In this document: positions 25,009 through 33,808 of the stretch, in pieces
Position numbering within the stretch: position 1 is the first letter of the stretch
Layout: every line of letters begins with the position of its first letter
IMG/VR virus record: IMGVR_UViG_3300044759_000077
Span: 1 to 33,876 of that record
From: a virus
Lineage: Duplodnaviria; Caudoviricetes
Length of the DNA: 33,876 nucleotides
Reading direction: 5' to 3' (one strand)
Made by a program: the position numbers and the translations under genes
The notes under the pieces: generated by a model
Database searches by the model: none
What the model was told of the DNA's origin: nothing
The model's input: only the letters and a program-made list of their open reading frames with translations

Positions 25009-26922
25009 GTGGCCATCACCCAGCTCATCGTGGCGGTGCGCACCACCGGCGCGAACCAGCTGCGCAACCTGTCCGCCGGATTCCGTCAGGCCAGCCGAGC
25101 CGGATCGCTCGCAGCGAACCAGTTGCGCCGAGACTTCGACCGGGCCGTTGTCGCCCTGGACCGGGCGCGGGAGGCGAACCGGCGGGCGGTCGCCTCCGGT
25201 AACCACCACCAGATGCTGCTCACGGCGATGGCCGCGCGGCAGGCCGCCCGCAACGTCGACGACCTCGCCGACCAGTTGCGGCAGGCCAACCGGCAGGCCA
25301 CCTCACTCGCGGGTCGCATGGGCGCCGTTGCCGCCGCCGCCTTCGCGGCCGGCTCCGACCTGCCCGGTCGGTCGAAGTTCCTCGTCGCCGGCGTCGTCGG
25401 GGCCATCGCCGCCGCCGCGCCCGCGATCGGCGCAGCCCTGCAGGGGGCGCTCCTGGCCGGCCTCGGCGGCATCGGCCTGGGTGCAGCCATCTTCGCGGCG
25501 TTCAAGACCGAGGAGGTCCGGACGGTCTGGAAGGACCTGTTCAAGGGCATCGGCGGCGACCTGAAGGCCTTCGGCAAGCAGTTGGGGCCGGACCTGGTCG
25601 CCTCCGCCGACACCTTCCGCGCCGCCTGGGCCAGGGCCCGCGACTTCGTGCGGGACCTGTTCGGCAGCCTGTCCACCACGATCGGCCCGCTGACGGCCGG
25701 CCTGGTCGGCATGGCCCGCGAGGCGGCCCCGGGCATCAAGCAGGCATTTGCGGCGGCCGTCCCCGTTCTCATCGAGCTGGGGCGCATGCTGCCGACCCTG
25801 GGCCGGGGCATCGAGTCGTTCTTCGACTCGATCTCGCAGTCCGGCACCGGGGCACTGAAGGGCATCCGCTTCCTGGTGCTCGCGTTGAGCGGCTCGCTGA
25901 TGCTGCTGGGCAACACGATCCAGTTCCTGTCCGGATGGTTCGACTTCTGGACCGAGAAGGCCGGCGCGGTGTACTCCGCCCTGGCCAAGATTCCCCTGCT
26001 GGGCAAGGCTTTTCAGCCGCTCGCCGACATGTTCGAGGGGATCAACAAGCCGGCGGACGCCGCGACCGGCCAACTGAAGATCCTCAACGGCACCCAGTTG
26101 GCCACCGCGCAAGCGGCCCGGCAGGCGGCCGACGAGGTCCGCAGGCTGTCCGGGGAACTCGGCAACATGGTCAACGATGCCCTGTCCGCGTCACAGGCCA
26201 ACATCGCCTGGGAAGCCGCACTCGACGCCGTCACCGAATCGGTCAGGGAGAACGGCCGCCAGATCGACATCTCCACCGAGAAAGGCCGGGCGAACGCAAC
26301 CGCGGTCAACAGCGCGGTCGAGGCGGCTCTACGTAAGCGGGATGCGGACATTGCGCTGGCCGGCGGCGAGAAAGCCTCCCAGCAGGCGGTCGAGGCCGCC
26401 AACGGCGCGTTCCGCAACCAGATCGCCCAGCTTGAAGCGACCCTGATCAAGATGGGGTTCACCAAAGGGCAGGTCGAGGCACTGCTCGGGTCGTACCGCA
26501 ATCTGGCCAACGCCCCGAACATCACCAAGTTCGTCGAGATCCAGTACCGCACGACCGGCGACGCCCGCGCCGCCGTCGCCGCCGGGCAGGCGGTGCGGAC
26601 ACCGGGAGGCCGGGTCGGATTCGCCGAGGGCACCAGATCCGCCCCCGCCGGCTGGGCCTGGGTCGGCGAGAAAGGCCCGGAGTTGATGCGGTTCCGCGGC
26701 GGTGAGCAGGTATTCACGGCCTCCGAGTCCTCCCGGATGATGCGGGCCGGCGGCGCCGCGGTTGGCGGCGGCGGCGGCAGCACCGCGGTTCGGGTTGAGT
26801 TGGTCGCCGCCGGCGGCGGAGGCGGGGCGGTCGCTGAACTGATCTACAGCCTGGTCAAGTCCGGTGCACTGCGCCTGCAGGTGCGCTCCGGTGGCGCCCG
26901 GGTCGGCACGGTCGCCGCGTAG
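25009..26922 (+). CDS. tape measure protein
   Basis: 637-aa Ala-rich helical ORF after the chaperone; C-terminal FAEGT...AWVGEKGPELM...GGEQVF. Confidence 0.88.
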   Translation: MAITQLIVAVRTTGANQLRNLSAGFRQASRAGSLAANQLRRDFDRAVVALDRAREANRRAVASGNHHQMLLTAMAARQAARNVDDLADQLRQANRQATSLAGRMGAVAAAAFAAGSDLPGRSKFLVAGVVGAIAAAAPAIGAALQGALLAGLGGIGLGAAIFAAFKTEEVRTVWKDLFKGIGGDLKAFGKQLGPDLVASADTFRAAWARARDFVRDLFGSLSTTIGPLTAGLVGMAREAAPGIKQAFAAAVPVLIELGRMLPTLGRGIESFFDSISQSGTGALKGIRFLVLALSGSLMLLGNTIQFLSGWFDFWTEKAGAVYSALAKIPLLGKAFQPLADMFEGINKPADAATGQLKILNGTQLATAQAARQAADEVRRLSGELGNMVNDALSASQANIAWEAALDAVTESVRENGRQIDISTEKGRANATAVNSAVEAALRKRDADIALAGGEKASQQAVEAANGAFRNQIAQLEATLIKMGFTKGQVEALLGSYRNLANAPNITKFVEIQYRTTGDARAAVAAGQAVRTPGGRVGFAEGTRSAPAGWAWVGEKGPELMRFRGGEQVFTASESSRMMRAGGAAVGGGGGSTAVRVELVAAGGGGGAVAELIYSLVKSGALRLQVRSGGARVGTVAA

Positions 26923-26933
26923 AGGGGGGCGCC

Positions 26934-28199
26934 GTGTCGGTCACCGACTGGGACGGCGTCACCCTCACCGTCGAGCTGGGCCTGTCCGCCGACACGTCGG
27001 TCTACGGGCTGTGGGACGTGGGCCTGTGGGACCAGGCGCTGTGGGGGCCGGAGGTCCTGTTCACCGACGTCACCGAGTACGTGCGGGAGTTCGCCACCGA
27101 CCGGCAGTTCAGCCGCGGCGTGCAGCAGTGGCGCGAGGGCACCGCCACCGTCGTGCTCGACAACCTCGACGGCCGGTTCAGCCCGGCCAACATGTCCGGC
27201 CCCTACGTTGTTGGCGGCGTTACCCAGATCCGGCCGCTGCTCCCGATCCGGATCACCACCGAGTACAACAGCATCACCTACCCGGTGTACTACGGCTACG
27301 TCCAGTCCTGGACGGACTCGTGGACCGGTGGCGGGCCCGGTAAGGGCGACTCGATCACCACCCTGGAATGTGTCGACGAGTGGGCGGACCTCGCCGCCGC
27401 CGATGGCATCGAGGTCCCGCCCGAGGGTGCCGGGGACACCTTCGGCGGGCGGATCCACCGCATCCTCGACGCGGCCGGCGCCTCGTCCGCCCGCAACATC
27501 GATCCCGGCGGCAACACCATGCAGGCCACCACCCTGGCCGACAACACCGCCGCCGAGGTGGAGAAGACGGTCGAGGCCGAGGGTGGCGCGCTGTGGATCG
27601 AGGCGGACGGCGCCATCACCGCCGAGGGCCGTAGCGCCCTGATCGAGAACGACCGGTCGGTGACCAGCCAGGCCACGTTCACCGACGACGGCACCGAGTT
27701 GCGCTACGCCACCACCGAAGCCGCGTACAACGGCGACAACGTCATCAACTACGCCGCGTACACCCGCGAGGGCGGCAGCACCCCGCAGATCGCCGACGCC
27801 CCCACCTCCCGCAGCCTGTACCGGGACCGCCGCGACGTGAAGACCGGGCTGATCTGCGAGTCCGACGGGCAGGCCCTCGCCCTGGCCCAGTGGGCGGTCA
27901 TCCAGTTCCAGGACCCCGAGTACCGGTTCACCTCCGTGCAGATCAAGCCGCGGCGCGACCCGTCGGCGCTGTGGCCGCACGCGCTGGGCCGGCAGGTCCG
28001 CGACATGGTCACCGTCATCCGCAACCCGCCCGGCGGCTACGAGATCTCCCGCGCCTGCCACATCGCCGGCATCTCCCACCAGGTCACCCGGTCCGATTGG
28101 GTCGTCACCTTCCACCTGTGGTCAGCCACCCTGTACGCCGCTTTCGCCACCTCCCGATGGGACGTCGGGGAGTGGGACGAGGCGCTCTGGAGCTTCTAA
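26934..28199 (+). CDS. minor tail (hub/baseplate) protein
   Basis: Directly after the TMP; TDVTEYV, LDNLDGRFSP.N, RIHRILD and EGGALWI motifs. Confidence 0.78.
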   Translation: MSVTDWDGVTLTVELGLSADTSVYGLWDVGLWDQALWGPEVLFTDVTEYVREFATDRQFSRGVQQWREGTATVVLDNLDGRFSPANMSGPYVVGGVTQIRPLLPIRITTEYNSITYPVYYGYVQSWTDSWTGGGPGKGDSITTLECVDEWADLAAADGIEVPPEGAGDTFGGRIHRILDAAGASSARNIDPGGNTMQATTLADNTAAEVEKTVEAEGGALWIEADGAITAEGRSALIENDRSVTSQATFTDDGTELRYATTEAAYNGDNVINYAAYTREGGSTPQIADAPTSRSLYRDRRDVKTGLICESDGQALALAQWAVIQFQDPEYRFTSVQIKPRRDPSALWPHALGRQVRDMVTVIRNPPGGYEISRACHIAGISHQVTRSDWVVTFHLWSATLYAAFATSRWDVGEWDEALWSF

Positions 28200-28208
28200 G
28201 GAGGCACT

Positions 28209-28823
28209 GTGGGCGGCTACTTCACCCCCACCCCGAACACCCCGATCAGCACGAGCGACCACGCCACCTACGTCCGGGATCAGACGGTCAACCAGTTCGC
28301 CTCGTCCGCCGCCCGGGCCTCAGCGATCACCGCGCCCGCCGAGGGCATGGTCTCCACGCTGGCCGACACAGACCTGGTGGAGCGGTACAACGGCACGGCC
28401 TGGGCGGCCGTCGGTATGAAGTACATCGGCCAGACCTTGGGCACCGCCGACGTCACCACAACCTCCCACACCGTGATCGACTACGTGACCTTCACCGCCC
28501 AGGCCAACCGCCGCTACCTCGCCTTCTGGACCGCGGTGTGGAACTCCACCGGAGCAACCGACCAGACCGAGTTCTACCTCCGGTACGAGCAGGCAGCGAC
28601 ACTGTCCACCTCGGGCACCCTGGTCGGCACCATCCGCCGGCAGTCCTCCGTGGCCAACGCCTGGTGCGACGTCACATACATCCGCAGCCTCAGCGGCCTG
28701 ACCGCGGCGCAGTACTCCGTCGGCATCTCCGGCGCCCGGGCCACCGGGGCAGGCACCCACGTGGTCACCGGTAACGCCAACTACCAGAGGGTCCTTGAGT
28801 TGTACGACGTGGGCCCGGCATGA
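28209..28823 (+). CDS. minor tail / receptor-binding protein
   Basis: AAGGAGG SD; FASSAAR.SAI..P.EGMV...DT...ERYNGTAW fibre motif followed by a beta-rich C-terminus. Confidence 0.7.
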   Translation: MGGYFTPTPNTPISTSDHATYVRDQTVNQFASSAARASAITAPAEGMVSTLADTDLVERYNGTAWAAVGMKYIGQTLGTADVTTTSHTVIDYVTFTAQANRRYLAFWTAVWNSTGATDQTEFYLRYEQAATLSTSGTLVGTIRRQSSVANAWCDVTYIRSLSGLTAAQYSVGISGARATGAGTHVVTGNANYQRVLELYDVGPA

Positions 28824-29566
28824 TCCGCCGACTCGTCGCCGCCGGCTGCGCGGCCGCCCTGCTCGCCGTCCCGACCGCGCCCTTGGTTCTCCTCGCGCGC
28901 GCCGCGGTGGAGTCGGTGCACGTCCTGTTCGCCGGGGACAGCACCACCTCCGGCTACGGCTCCACCCCGGGCACCAACGGCTACCAGCTGCGGTTCACCG
29001 AGCGCCTCAACGCCGCGGGCGTCTCGTACACCCTGGCGACCCCGGCAACGCAGCACGGCGGCACCCTGGAGGGCCTGGCCGCCATGCTGCCCGGCCGGGT
29101 CGTCGCCGAGCACCCCGACCTCGTCATCATCATGATCGGGCTCAACGACGCCGCCGGCGGTCCGGCCGGCGTGGCCGGCTTCGAGAGCCAGTACCGCGCG
29201 CTGGTGCAGCAGCTCGTCGACCAGAACCCCACCCTGCGGGTCGCCGTCGTCCAGGCCGCCTACCCCAACGCCGCCGGCTGGGGCCGGTACATGGTCGACC
29301 CCGTCGCCGTCGCCGCCATCCACACCTGGTGGTGGACCGTCCGTACCCCGAGCGACCGGGTCGTGCTCGTCGACGCCACCCCACTGCACTACTGCCGCAC
29401 CTTCGACGGGGTCCACTACCGCGACGACGGATACGCCGACCTCGCCGACCTCATCTACAGCGGGCTCGCCCCGACCTACGGGTGGCCGCCCGTCCCGGCC
29501 ACCGCCTACCACCGGCCGCCGGTACGCCGGCCGTTCTACGACCGGCCCGAGCTCGTCACCTGCTGA
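28820..29566 (+). CDS. SGNH/GDSL hydrolase with a signal-peptide-like N-terminus
   Basis: Blocks FAGDSTT (Ser), GG, IGLND and DGVH; N-terminus MIRRLVAAGCAAALLA. Confidence 0.85.
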   Translation: MIRRLVAAGCAAALLAVPTAPLVLLARAAVESVHVLFAGDSTTSGYGSTPGTNGYQLRFTERLNAAGVSYTLATPATQHGGTLEGLAAMLPGRVVAEHPDLVIIMIGLNDAAGGPAGVAGFESQYRALVQQLVDQNPTLRVAVVQAAYPNAAGWGRYMVDPVAVAAIHTWWWTVRTPSDRVVLVDATPLHYCRTFDGVHYRDDGYADLADLIYSGLAPTYGWPPVPATAYHRPPVRRPFYDRPELVTC

Positions 29567-29575
29567 GGAGGCGCG

Positions 29576-30472
29576 ATGCCGCTCGCCCCCGACCCGCGGG
29601 TCACCCCGGAGATGATCCGGTTCATCAACGAGTGCGAGAAGCTCGAACCGGGCGACACCGGCGCCCTGTTCCCGTACGCCGACAAGCGCGGCTACCACAA
29701 CACCGTCAAACGCAACCAGCAGAAGTGGCCGGGCGACTACAGCATCCGCCTGGCCGACGACCTGCGGGGCAACCTGACCGTCTGTCGCGCCTTCGACTGG
29801 ATCAGCGAGAGCGCGCGCACCCGCGGCGACCGTCGGATCATGAACAAGTACGGGCGACGGATCCGCGACGCCTACAGCCGGCGCGACCCGCGGTACGCCG
29901 GCTGGCGGGAGGTCCTCACCCAGGTCGACGACGGCGCACCCGAAGGCTTCAACGTCGGGCCGGGCGGCGGCTGGTACACCCGCACCCCCGACATGTCCCA
30001 CGACTACCACCACCACCTCAGCAAGCTCACCGCCTACGTCGACGACTGGCCGACCTACGCCGGGATGCTGTCGATCCTGGCGGACGAGCCGCTGTCGGTC
30101 TGGCGGGCGGGCCACAGTCGGTACCTGCAGGAAGGGAGACCCCGGATGAAGCGTCTGTTCCGGGTCAAGGGCCAGCTCTACATCGGCGACGGCCTGACCC
30201 GCCGGCCCCTGGCCGATAAAGACCTCGCCGACGTCCAGGCCGTATGGGGACCCGACCTGCTGGTCGACGCAGACGGCTCGGGCCTGCTCTGGGGCGACGG
30301 CAAGGACGTCGGCAACCCCGATGCGTTCGGCGTACCCGCGGCAGCGCCCGCCACATCGACGGTGCAGGTCGACGCGGCCGCGGTCGCTGAGGCGCTCGGC
30401 AGCAACGCTGCGTTCCTCGCCGCCGTCGCGACGGCCGTCAACGACGACGCCTCCAGACGCGGAGCCGAGTAG
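29576..30472 (+). CDS. putative endolysin with a zinc peptidase (M15/LAS-like) N-terminal domain
   Basis: GAGGAGG SD; in the lysis position; GYHN...AFD...SHDYHHHLS metal-ligand pattern; C-terminal VDAAAVAEAL. Confidence 0.7.
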   Translation: MPLAPDPRVTPEMIRFINECEKLEPGDTGALFPYADKRGYHNTVKRNQQKWPGDYSIRLADDLRGNLTVCRAFDWISESARTRGDRRIMNKYGRRIRDAYSRRDPRYAGWREVLTQVDDGAPEGFNVGPGGGWYTRTPDMSHDYHHHLSKLTAYVDDWPTYAGMLSILADEPLSVWRAGHSRYLQEGRPRMKRLFRVKGQLYIGDGLTRRPLADKDLADVQAVWGPDLLVDADGSGLLWGDGKDVGNPDAFGVPAAAPATSTVQVDAAAVAEALGSNAAFLAAVATAVNDDASRRGAE

Positions 30473-30474
30473 CC

Positions 30475-30534
30475 ATGACCTGGCAGATCTTCTTCTGGAT
30501 CCTCGCCGGGTTCCTCGCGCCGCTGCTGAAGTGA
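30475..30534 (+). CDS. 19-aa hydrophobic peptide MTWQIFFWILAGFLAPLLK
   Basis: ATG 2 nt after the endolysin stop; its own stop overlaps the next GTG. Confidence 0.45.
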   Translation: MTWQIFFWILAGFLAPLLK

Positions 30535-30747
30535 GGATCCGGCTGGTGGTCGACGACGGCTCCGGTCCACTGCTGTGCGACCGGCCCGGGCTGTGATCGG
30601 CCGTGGCCCGGACCTGAGGGTCAGCAACTCCCGGGCGGGTACCGGCTGGCCGGCTACGACGAGCGGGGCAGGCTGATCGTCAGACTTTTCTGCTCGAAGT
30701 CCTGCGCGGAGGAGGACGATGACAGCACCTCCAGAGGACCCTCATGA
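30531..30747 (+). pseudogene. small TRASH/YHS-like zinc-finger ORF interrupted by one extra base
   Basis: Removing one G at 30588-30590 gives MRIRLVVDDGSGPLLCDRPGCDRPW...RLFCSKSCAEEDD. Confidence 0.5.
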
Positions 30748-31273
30748 CTGGCGCAAGGCGCCGCCGATCGACCCGACCAAGAACGTGCTCGACCTCGTGG
30801 CGGCGGCGATCCAACGGCAGGACGACCTTCGTGAGGCGGCGGCGGCGCACGTCCAGGAGATCGCCCGCTTGCGGGCCAACTACGACCAGCGGCTGCGCGA
30901 GGCGGAGACCGCCCGCATCGACGCCATCCGGGCGGTGGACGTCGGCGCGGTCAACCGGGCCGCCGAGGTGTCCGCCCAGCAGGCGATGACACTCGCCGCT
31001 CAGGTTGCGACGTCCGCCGAGACGCTGCGTACCCAGGTCGCCGCCGCCGCCACCGCCGCAACCGTCGCCCTCGCCGCTGCTTTGGAACCGATCCAGAAGG
31101 ACATCGCGGACCTGCGCCGCGCCCAGTACGAACAGGCCGGGCAGAAGGCGCAGGTCGTGGAGGGCACGGCCGACCGGCGCGGCGGAACGATGTCGGTGAT
31201 CGCGGTCGTATCGGCGGTGCTGGCGTTCATCTCGATCGTCGTCGTCGTGGTACTGGCTGTGGCGCTGAGGTAG
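30719..31273 (+). CDS. coiled-coil protein with a C-terminal transmembrane helix (lysis cassette)
   Basis: GGAGGAGG SD; Ala-rich helix and terminal VIAVVSAVLAFISIVVVVVLAVALR. Confidence 0.75.
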   Translation: MTAPPEDPHDWRKAPPIDPTKNVLDLVAAAIQRQDDLREAAAAHVQEIARLRANYDQRLREAETARIDAIRAVDVGAVNRAAEVSAQQAMTLAAQVATSAETLRTQVAAAATAATVALAAALEPIQKDIADLRRAQYEQAGQKAQVVEGTADRRGGTMSVIAVVSAVLAFISIVVVVVLAVALR

Positions 31274-31347
31274 CTAGCGTTCGAGTGTGTGGGTCATGTG
31301 CTTGCGGCGGAACCGGTCCAATCTTTCCTACTCATCGAGGGAGCACC

Positions 31348-31713
31348 ATGAGGATCTTCGGAAGAGAACCGACGCTGTGGCTCCAGGCCCTCGCCGCCGT
31401 CCTCGGCCTGCTCGTGACCTTCGGCCTCACCGGCCTGTCCGCCGAGCAGGCCGCCTTCTGGGTCGCTGTGGTGACCGCTGTGGTGACCGCGATCAACGCC
31501 GCCCTGGTGCGACCGATCGCCCCGATCGCCTTCACCGGCCTGGTCGCCGCCGTGGCCACGCTCGCCGCCGCCTACGGCTTCGCCGCCTCGCAGGAGCAGG
31601 TCGGCATGGTGCAGGGCATCGTCATCTCCGTGCTGGCGCTGCTGGCCCGCCACCAGGTGACGCCTGCGCAGGATGTCGCGATGCCCGTCGCCGAGCCGCT
31701 CCCGTACCGCTGA
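31348..31713 (+). CDS. holin
   Basis: GAGGGAG SD; IFGREP start, about four hydrophobic helices and R.QVTP end. Confidence 0.78.
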   Translation: MRIFGREPTLWLQALAAVLGLLVTFGLTGLSAEQAAFWVAVVTAVVTAINAALVRPIAPIAFTGLVAAVATLAAAYGFAASQEQVGMVQGIVISVLALLARHQVTPAQDVAMPVAEPLPYR

Positions 31714-31733
31714 CGCACGCGTAGTCGCCGATC

Positions 31734-31792
31734 AAGATCCCGCCCGCCGCTGCCTCCCCTACCCAAGGGGGAGCAGCGGCGGGCGGGTCTTT
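31734..31792. terminator. long GC-rich hairpin, likely bidirectional terminator
   Basis: CCCGCCCGCCGCTGC...GCAGCGGCGGGCGGG followed by TCTTT, between convergent operons. Confidence 0.8.
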
Positions 31793-31805
31793 GCGTGTCC
31801 GGGGG

Positions 31806-32105
31806 TCAGGCGCGGATGACCATCGGCAGCACCGGGTCGACGCACGGGCCGAATAAGAGCCAGCCTCTATGCCCGCCGATCCGGTAAGCAGGTCCCTGCG
31901 CCCACGTGATCACGGTGCTACCGTCCTCTAGGTCGTAGACCCCGGTCAACGTCGCGTACCCCTGCCCGCGGGTCTGGTCCTGGCATCCCTCCGAGATGAA
32001 CTCGTCACCGTACTCGTCGTAATGCACCGACCACGCCCGTGCGGCCATCCGGTCGTGCAGGTAAGCGTGCTCTAGGGCCCCACTGTCTATCATTGCGCCG
32101 ATCAC
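31806..32105 (-). CDS. hypothetical protein, possibly starting at 32167 across a frameshift
   Basis: AGGAGG before GTG 32105. An upstream 21-codon ORF (32102..32167) joins in frame if one G is added to the G4 run at 32112-32115. Confidence 0.55.
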   Translation of the reverse strand: MIGAMIDSGALEHAYLHDRMAARAWSVHYDEYGDEFISEGCQDQTRGQGYATLTGVYDLEDGSTVITWAQGPAYRIGGHRGWLLFGPCVDPVLPMVIRA

Positions 32106-32163
32106 GATCTTCCCCTCCTGTTGGGTCGCAGCTCGACCTGCATGATCTGCCACGTCTTGACGT

Positions 32164-32715
32164 TCATCGCTGCTCCGTTCCGATGCGGAAGGCCCGGGGT
32201 CCGGGGTCGCCGTGCTCGTCGCGCGGGTAACCCTCGTCGACCGTCCAGGGTGGGTCGGCTCTGTGACCCCGGGCGCGCAGATAGTCGATGGCGTCCGCGA
32301 GCAGGCCGCCGTCCGGGCGGCCGGTCGGCCCGGCGTCCCAGGCGGAGCCGCGGGCGTGGTCGCCGCCGTCCAGCTCCTCACCGTCCAGTTCGGGGATCAC
32401 GATGTGGCGGCCGGACGGGGCGAGGGTGAGCAGCACGTCGCGGGCCACCCAACCGCCGTCCTCGGCAAGGTGGTGGTGGACGACGTCGGCGAACACCCTC
32501 GCCCGGCAGGCGCCGTTGCGGGGTCGACCGGTGGCCAGCAGCCAGCGGGCCACGTCGAGCCAGCTCCACGCCGGCCGCCCGCCGACGGTCCAGCGCACGG
32601 CCGGGAAGGTCGGGTACCGCTCCCGGTACCGCTCCCGCCACCGTTTGACGGTGTCGAGGTCAACATCTGCCCGGGCCGCAATTTCGGTAGCCCCGACCGG
32701 GGTGTCGGCGCTCAC
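32164..32715 (-). CDS. AlpA/MerR-like HTH DNA-binding protein with an extra C-terminal domain
   Basis: GTGA coupling; VGATEIAARADV...TVKRWR...FP...GRPAWSWLDVARW. A 12-bp tandem duplication encodes RERY-RERY. Confidence 0.72.
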   Translation of the reverse strand: MSADTPVGATEIAARADVDLDTVKRWRERYRERYPTFPAVRWTVGGRPAWSWLDVARWLLATGRPRNGACRARVFADVVHHHLAEDGGWVARDVLLTLAPSGRHIVIPELDGEELDGGDHARGSAWDAGPTGRPDGGLLADAIDYLRARGHRADPPWTVDEGYPRDEHGDPGPRAFRIGTEQR

Positions 32716-33197
32716 GCGAAGCTCACCGCGCCGCTGCGCTCGCAGACGCCGCACACGTCTCCGACCGACCCGGACAGATCGCGGGCGGTGGTGACGGCGC
32801 GCCGCTCGCCGCACGCCTGGCACATGCCGCGGGGGCTGCGGGCGTGGGTGGTGGTGCGTGGGCGGGAGTTGAGTTCGGCGGCGAGAGCCTCGCCGCGGGC
32901 GTTGTGCTCGTCAGGAGTAGCGCAGCCGGCTGGGCAGTACTGCGGGTTCATGACGCACGGCGTGCCGCTGGCCGTCTCGAGCGGGGCGGTGCCCGGGTAG
33001 CCGTATACCATCGGTACGCCGCTGACGGAGAATGCCCGGCCGATGGTGGTGATGTACTCGACCTTGCTCTGCCCGCCCCGGGTGGTGACGGTCACTGTCG
33101 CGCCGGGGACGATGACGCTGGCGGGGCCGTAGACGACCCACTGGCCGCTCTTCGTCTTCCGGTAGCTGGCATTGGTTCCTGTTCCTGTTCCGGTCAT
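32712..33197 (-). CDS. hypothetical protein with C-terminal zinc motifs, probably leaderless
   Basis: YRKTKSGQWVVYG...VTVTTRGG N-terminal domain and CQAC...CGVC. The ATG is 6 nt after a -10 box. Confidence 0.7.
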   Translation of the reverse strand: MTGTGTGTNASYRKTKSGQWVVYGPASVIVPGATVTVTTRGGQSKVEYITTIGRAFSVSGVPMVYGYPGTAPLETASGTPCVMNPQYCPAGCATPDEHNARGEALAAELNSRPRTTTHARSPRGMCQACGERRAVTTARDLSGSVGDVCGVCERSGAVSFA

Positions 33198-33234
33198 AGG
33201 AACAGTCTAGCAGGGTGTTCCGGTAATGGGAACA
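33186..33234 (-). promoter_or_regulatory. promoter with two palindromic operators
   Basis: Minus-strand TTCCCA-17 bp-TAGACT. TGTTCC-N7-GGAACA occurs at 33186-33204 and 33216-33234. Confidence 0.72.
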
Positions 33235-33319
33235 ACCTGGCGGCTCAGCCGCCTTGCCGGACCACACCGGGTCAAAGCCAGGACGCTCCGAGTAGATCAA
33301 CAGCAGCAGGCGCACGGTG

Positions 33320-33808
33320 CTACACGGCGCTGGCTGGCCGCAGCCGGTCGGGAGTCCACAACAGTCGCTGCCACCGGTGCTCCGGCCGACCATCCCGGGT
33401 ACCGCTGCTACCAGGGCTGGTATCCCGCACCCATCCGTCACGCAGGTGAAGCCCTACCGGCTCCGGGAACAGATACGTCACCCCGGGCAGCCCGAGCACC
33501 TGCACGACCTGCCGGTGTCGGGCCCGGTAGGCCATCTCGTACAGCTCCGGACGTCGCCGCCGGAAGCCGCGGCGGACGTAGTTGTCGCAGCACCGCAGCG
33601 CGTTCCCGCCGAGGACCCATCCGGCCCACGCCGCGGGGACCATCGCCCCGGATGGATCCGGGGCGTAGACCACCATGTACGACACGGTGGCCTCGGCGTG
33701 GCTTTCCGCGTCGTCCCACCACTGATCAGCCAACTCCGGCTCACGGAGTGGGCTGATCAGTGGTGGGTGTCGGGGGTGTCCGACCCGGACGTCGATCACC
33801 TCCATCAC
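33320..33808 (-). CDS. hypothetical protein, possible GNAT-fold acetyltransferase
   Basis: AAWAGW...DNYVRRGFRRR resembles GNAT motif A; LH..DGW near the C-terminus. Confidence 0.5.
   Translation of the reverse strand: MMEVIDVRVGHPRHPPLISPLREPELADQWWDDAESHAEATVSYMVVYAPDPSGAMVPAAWAGWVLGGNALRCCDNYVRRGFRRRRPELYEMAYRARHRQVVQVLGLPGVTYLFPEPVGLHLRDGWVRDTSPGSSGTRDGRPEHRWQRLLWTPDRLRPASAV

Noticed and set aside
26934-28823. Diversity-generating retroelement acting on tail genes
   Set aside because: No reverse transcriptase and no template/variable repeat pair was seen.
33186-33234. LexA/SOS boxes
   Set aside because: The actinobacterial SOS box is TCGAAC-N4-GTTCGA. Here the arms are in the opposite order with different spacing.
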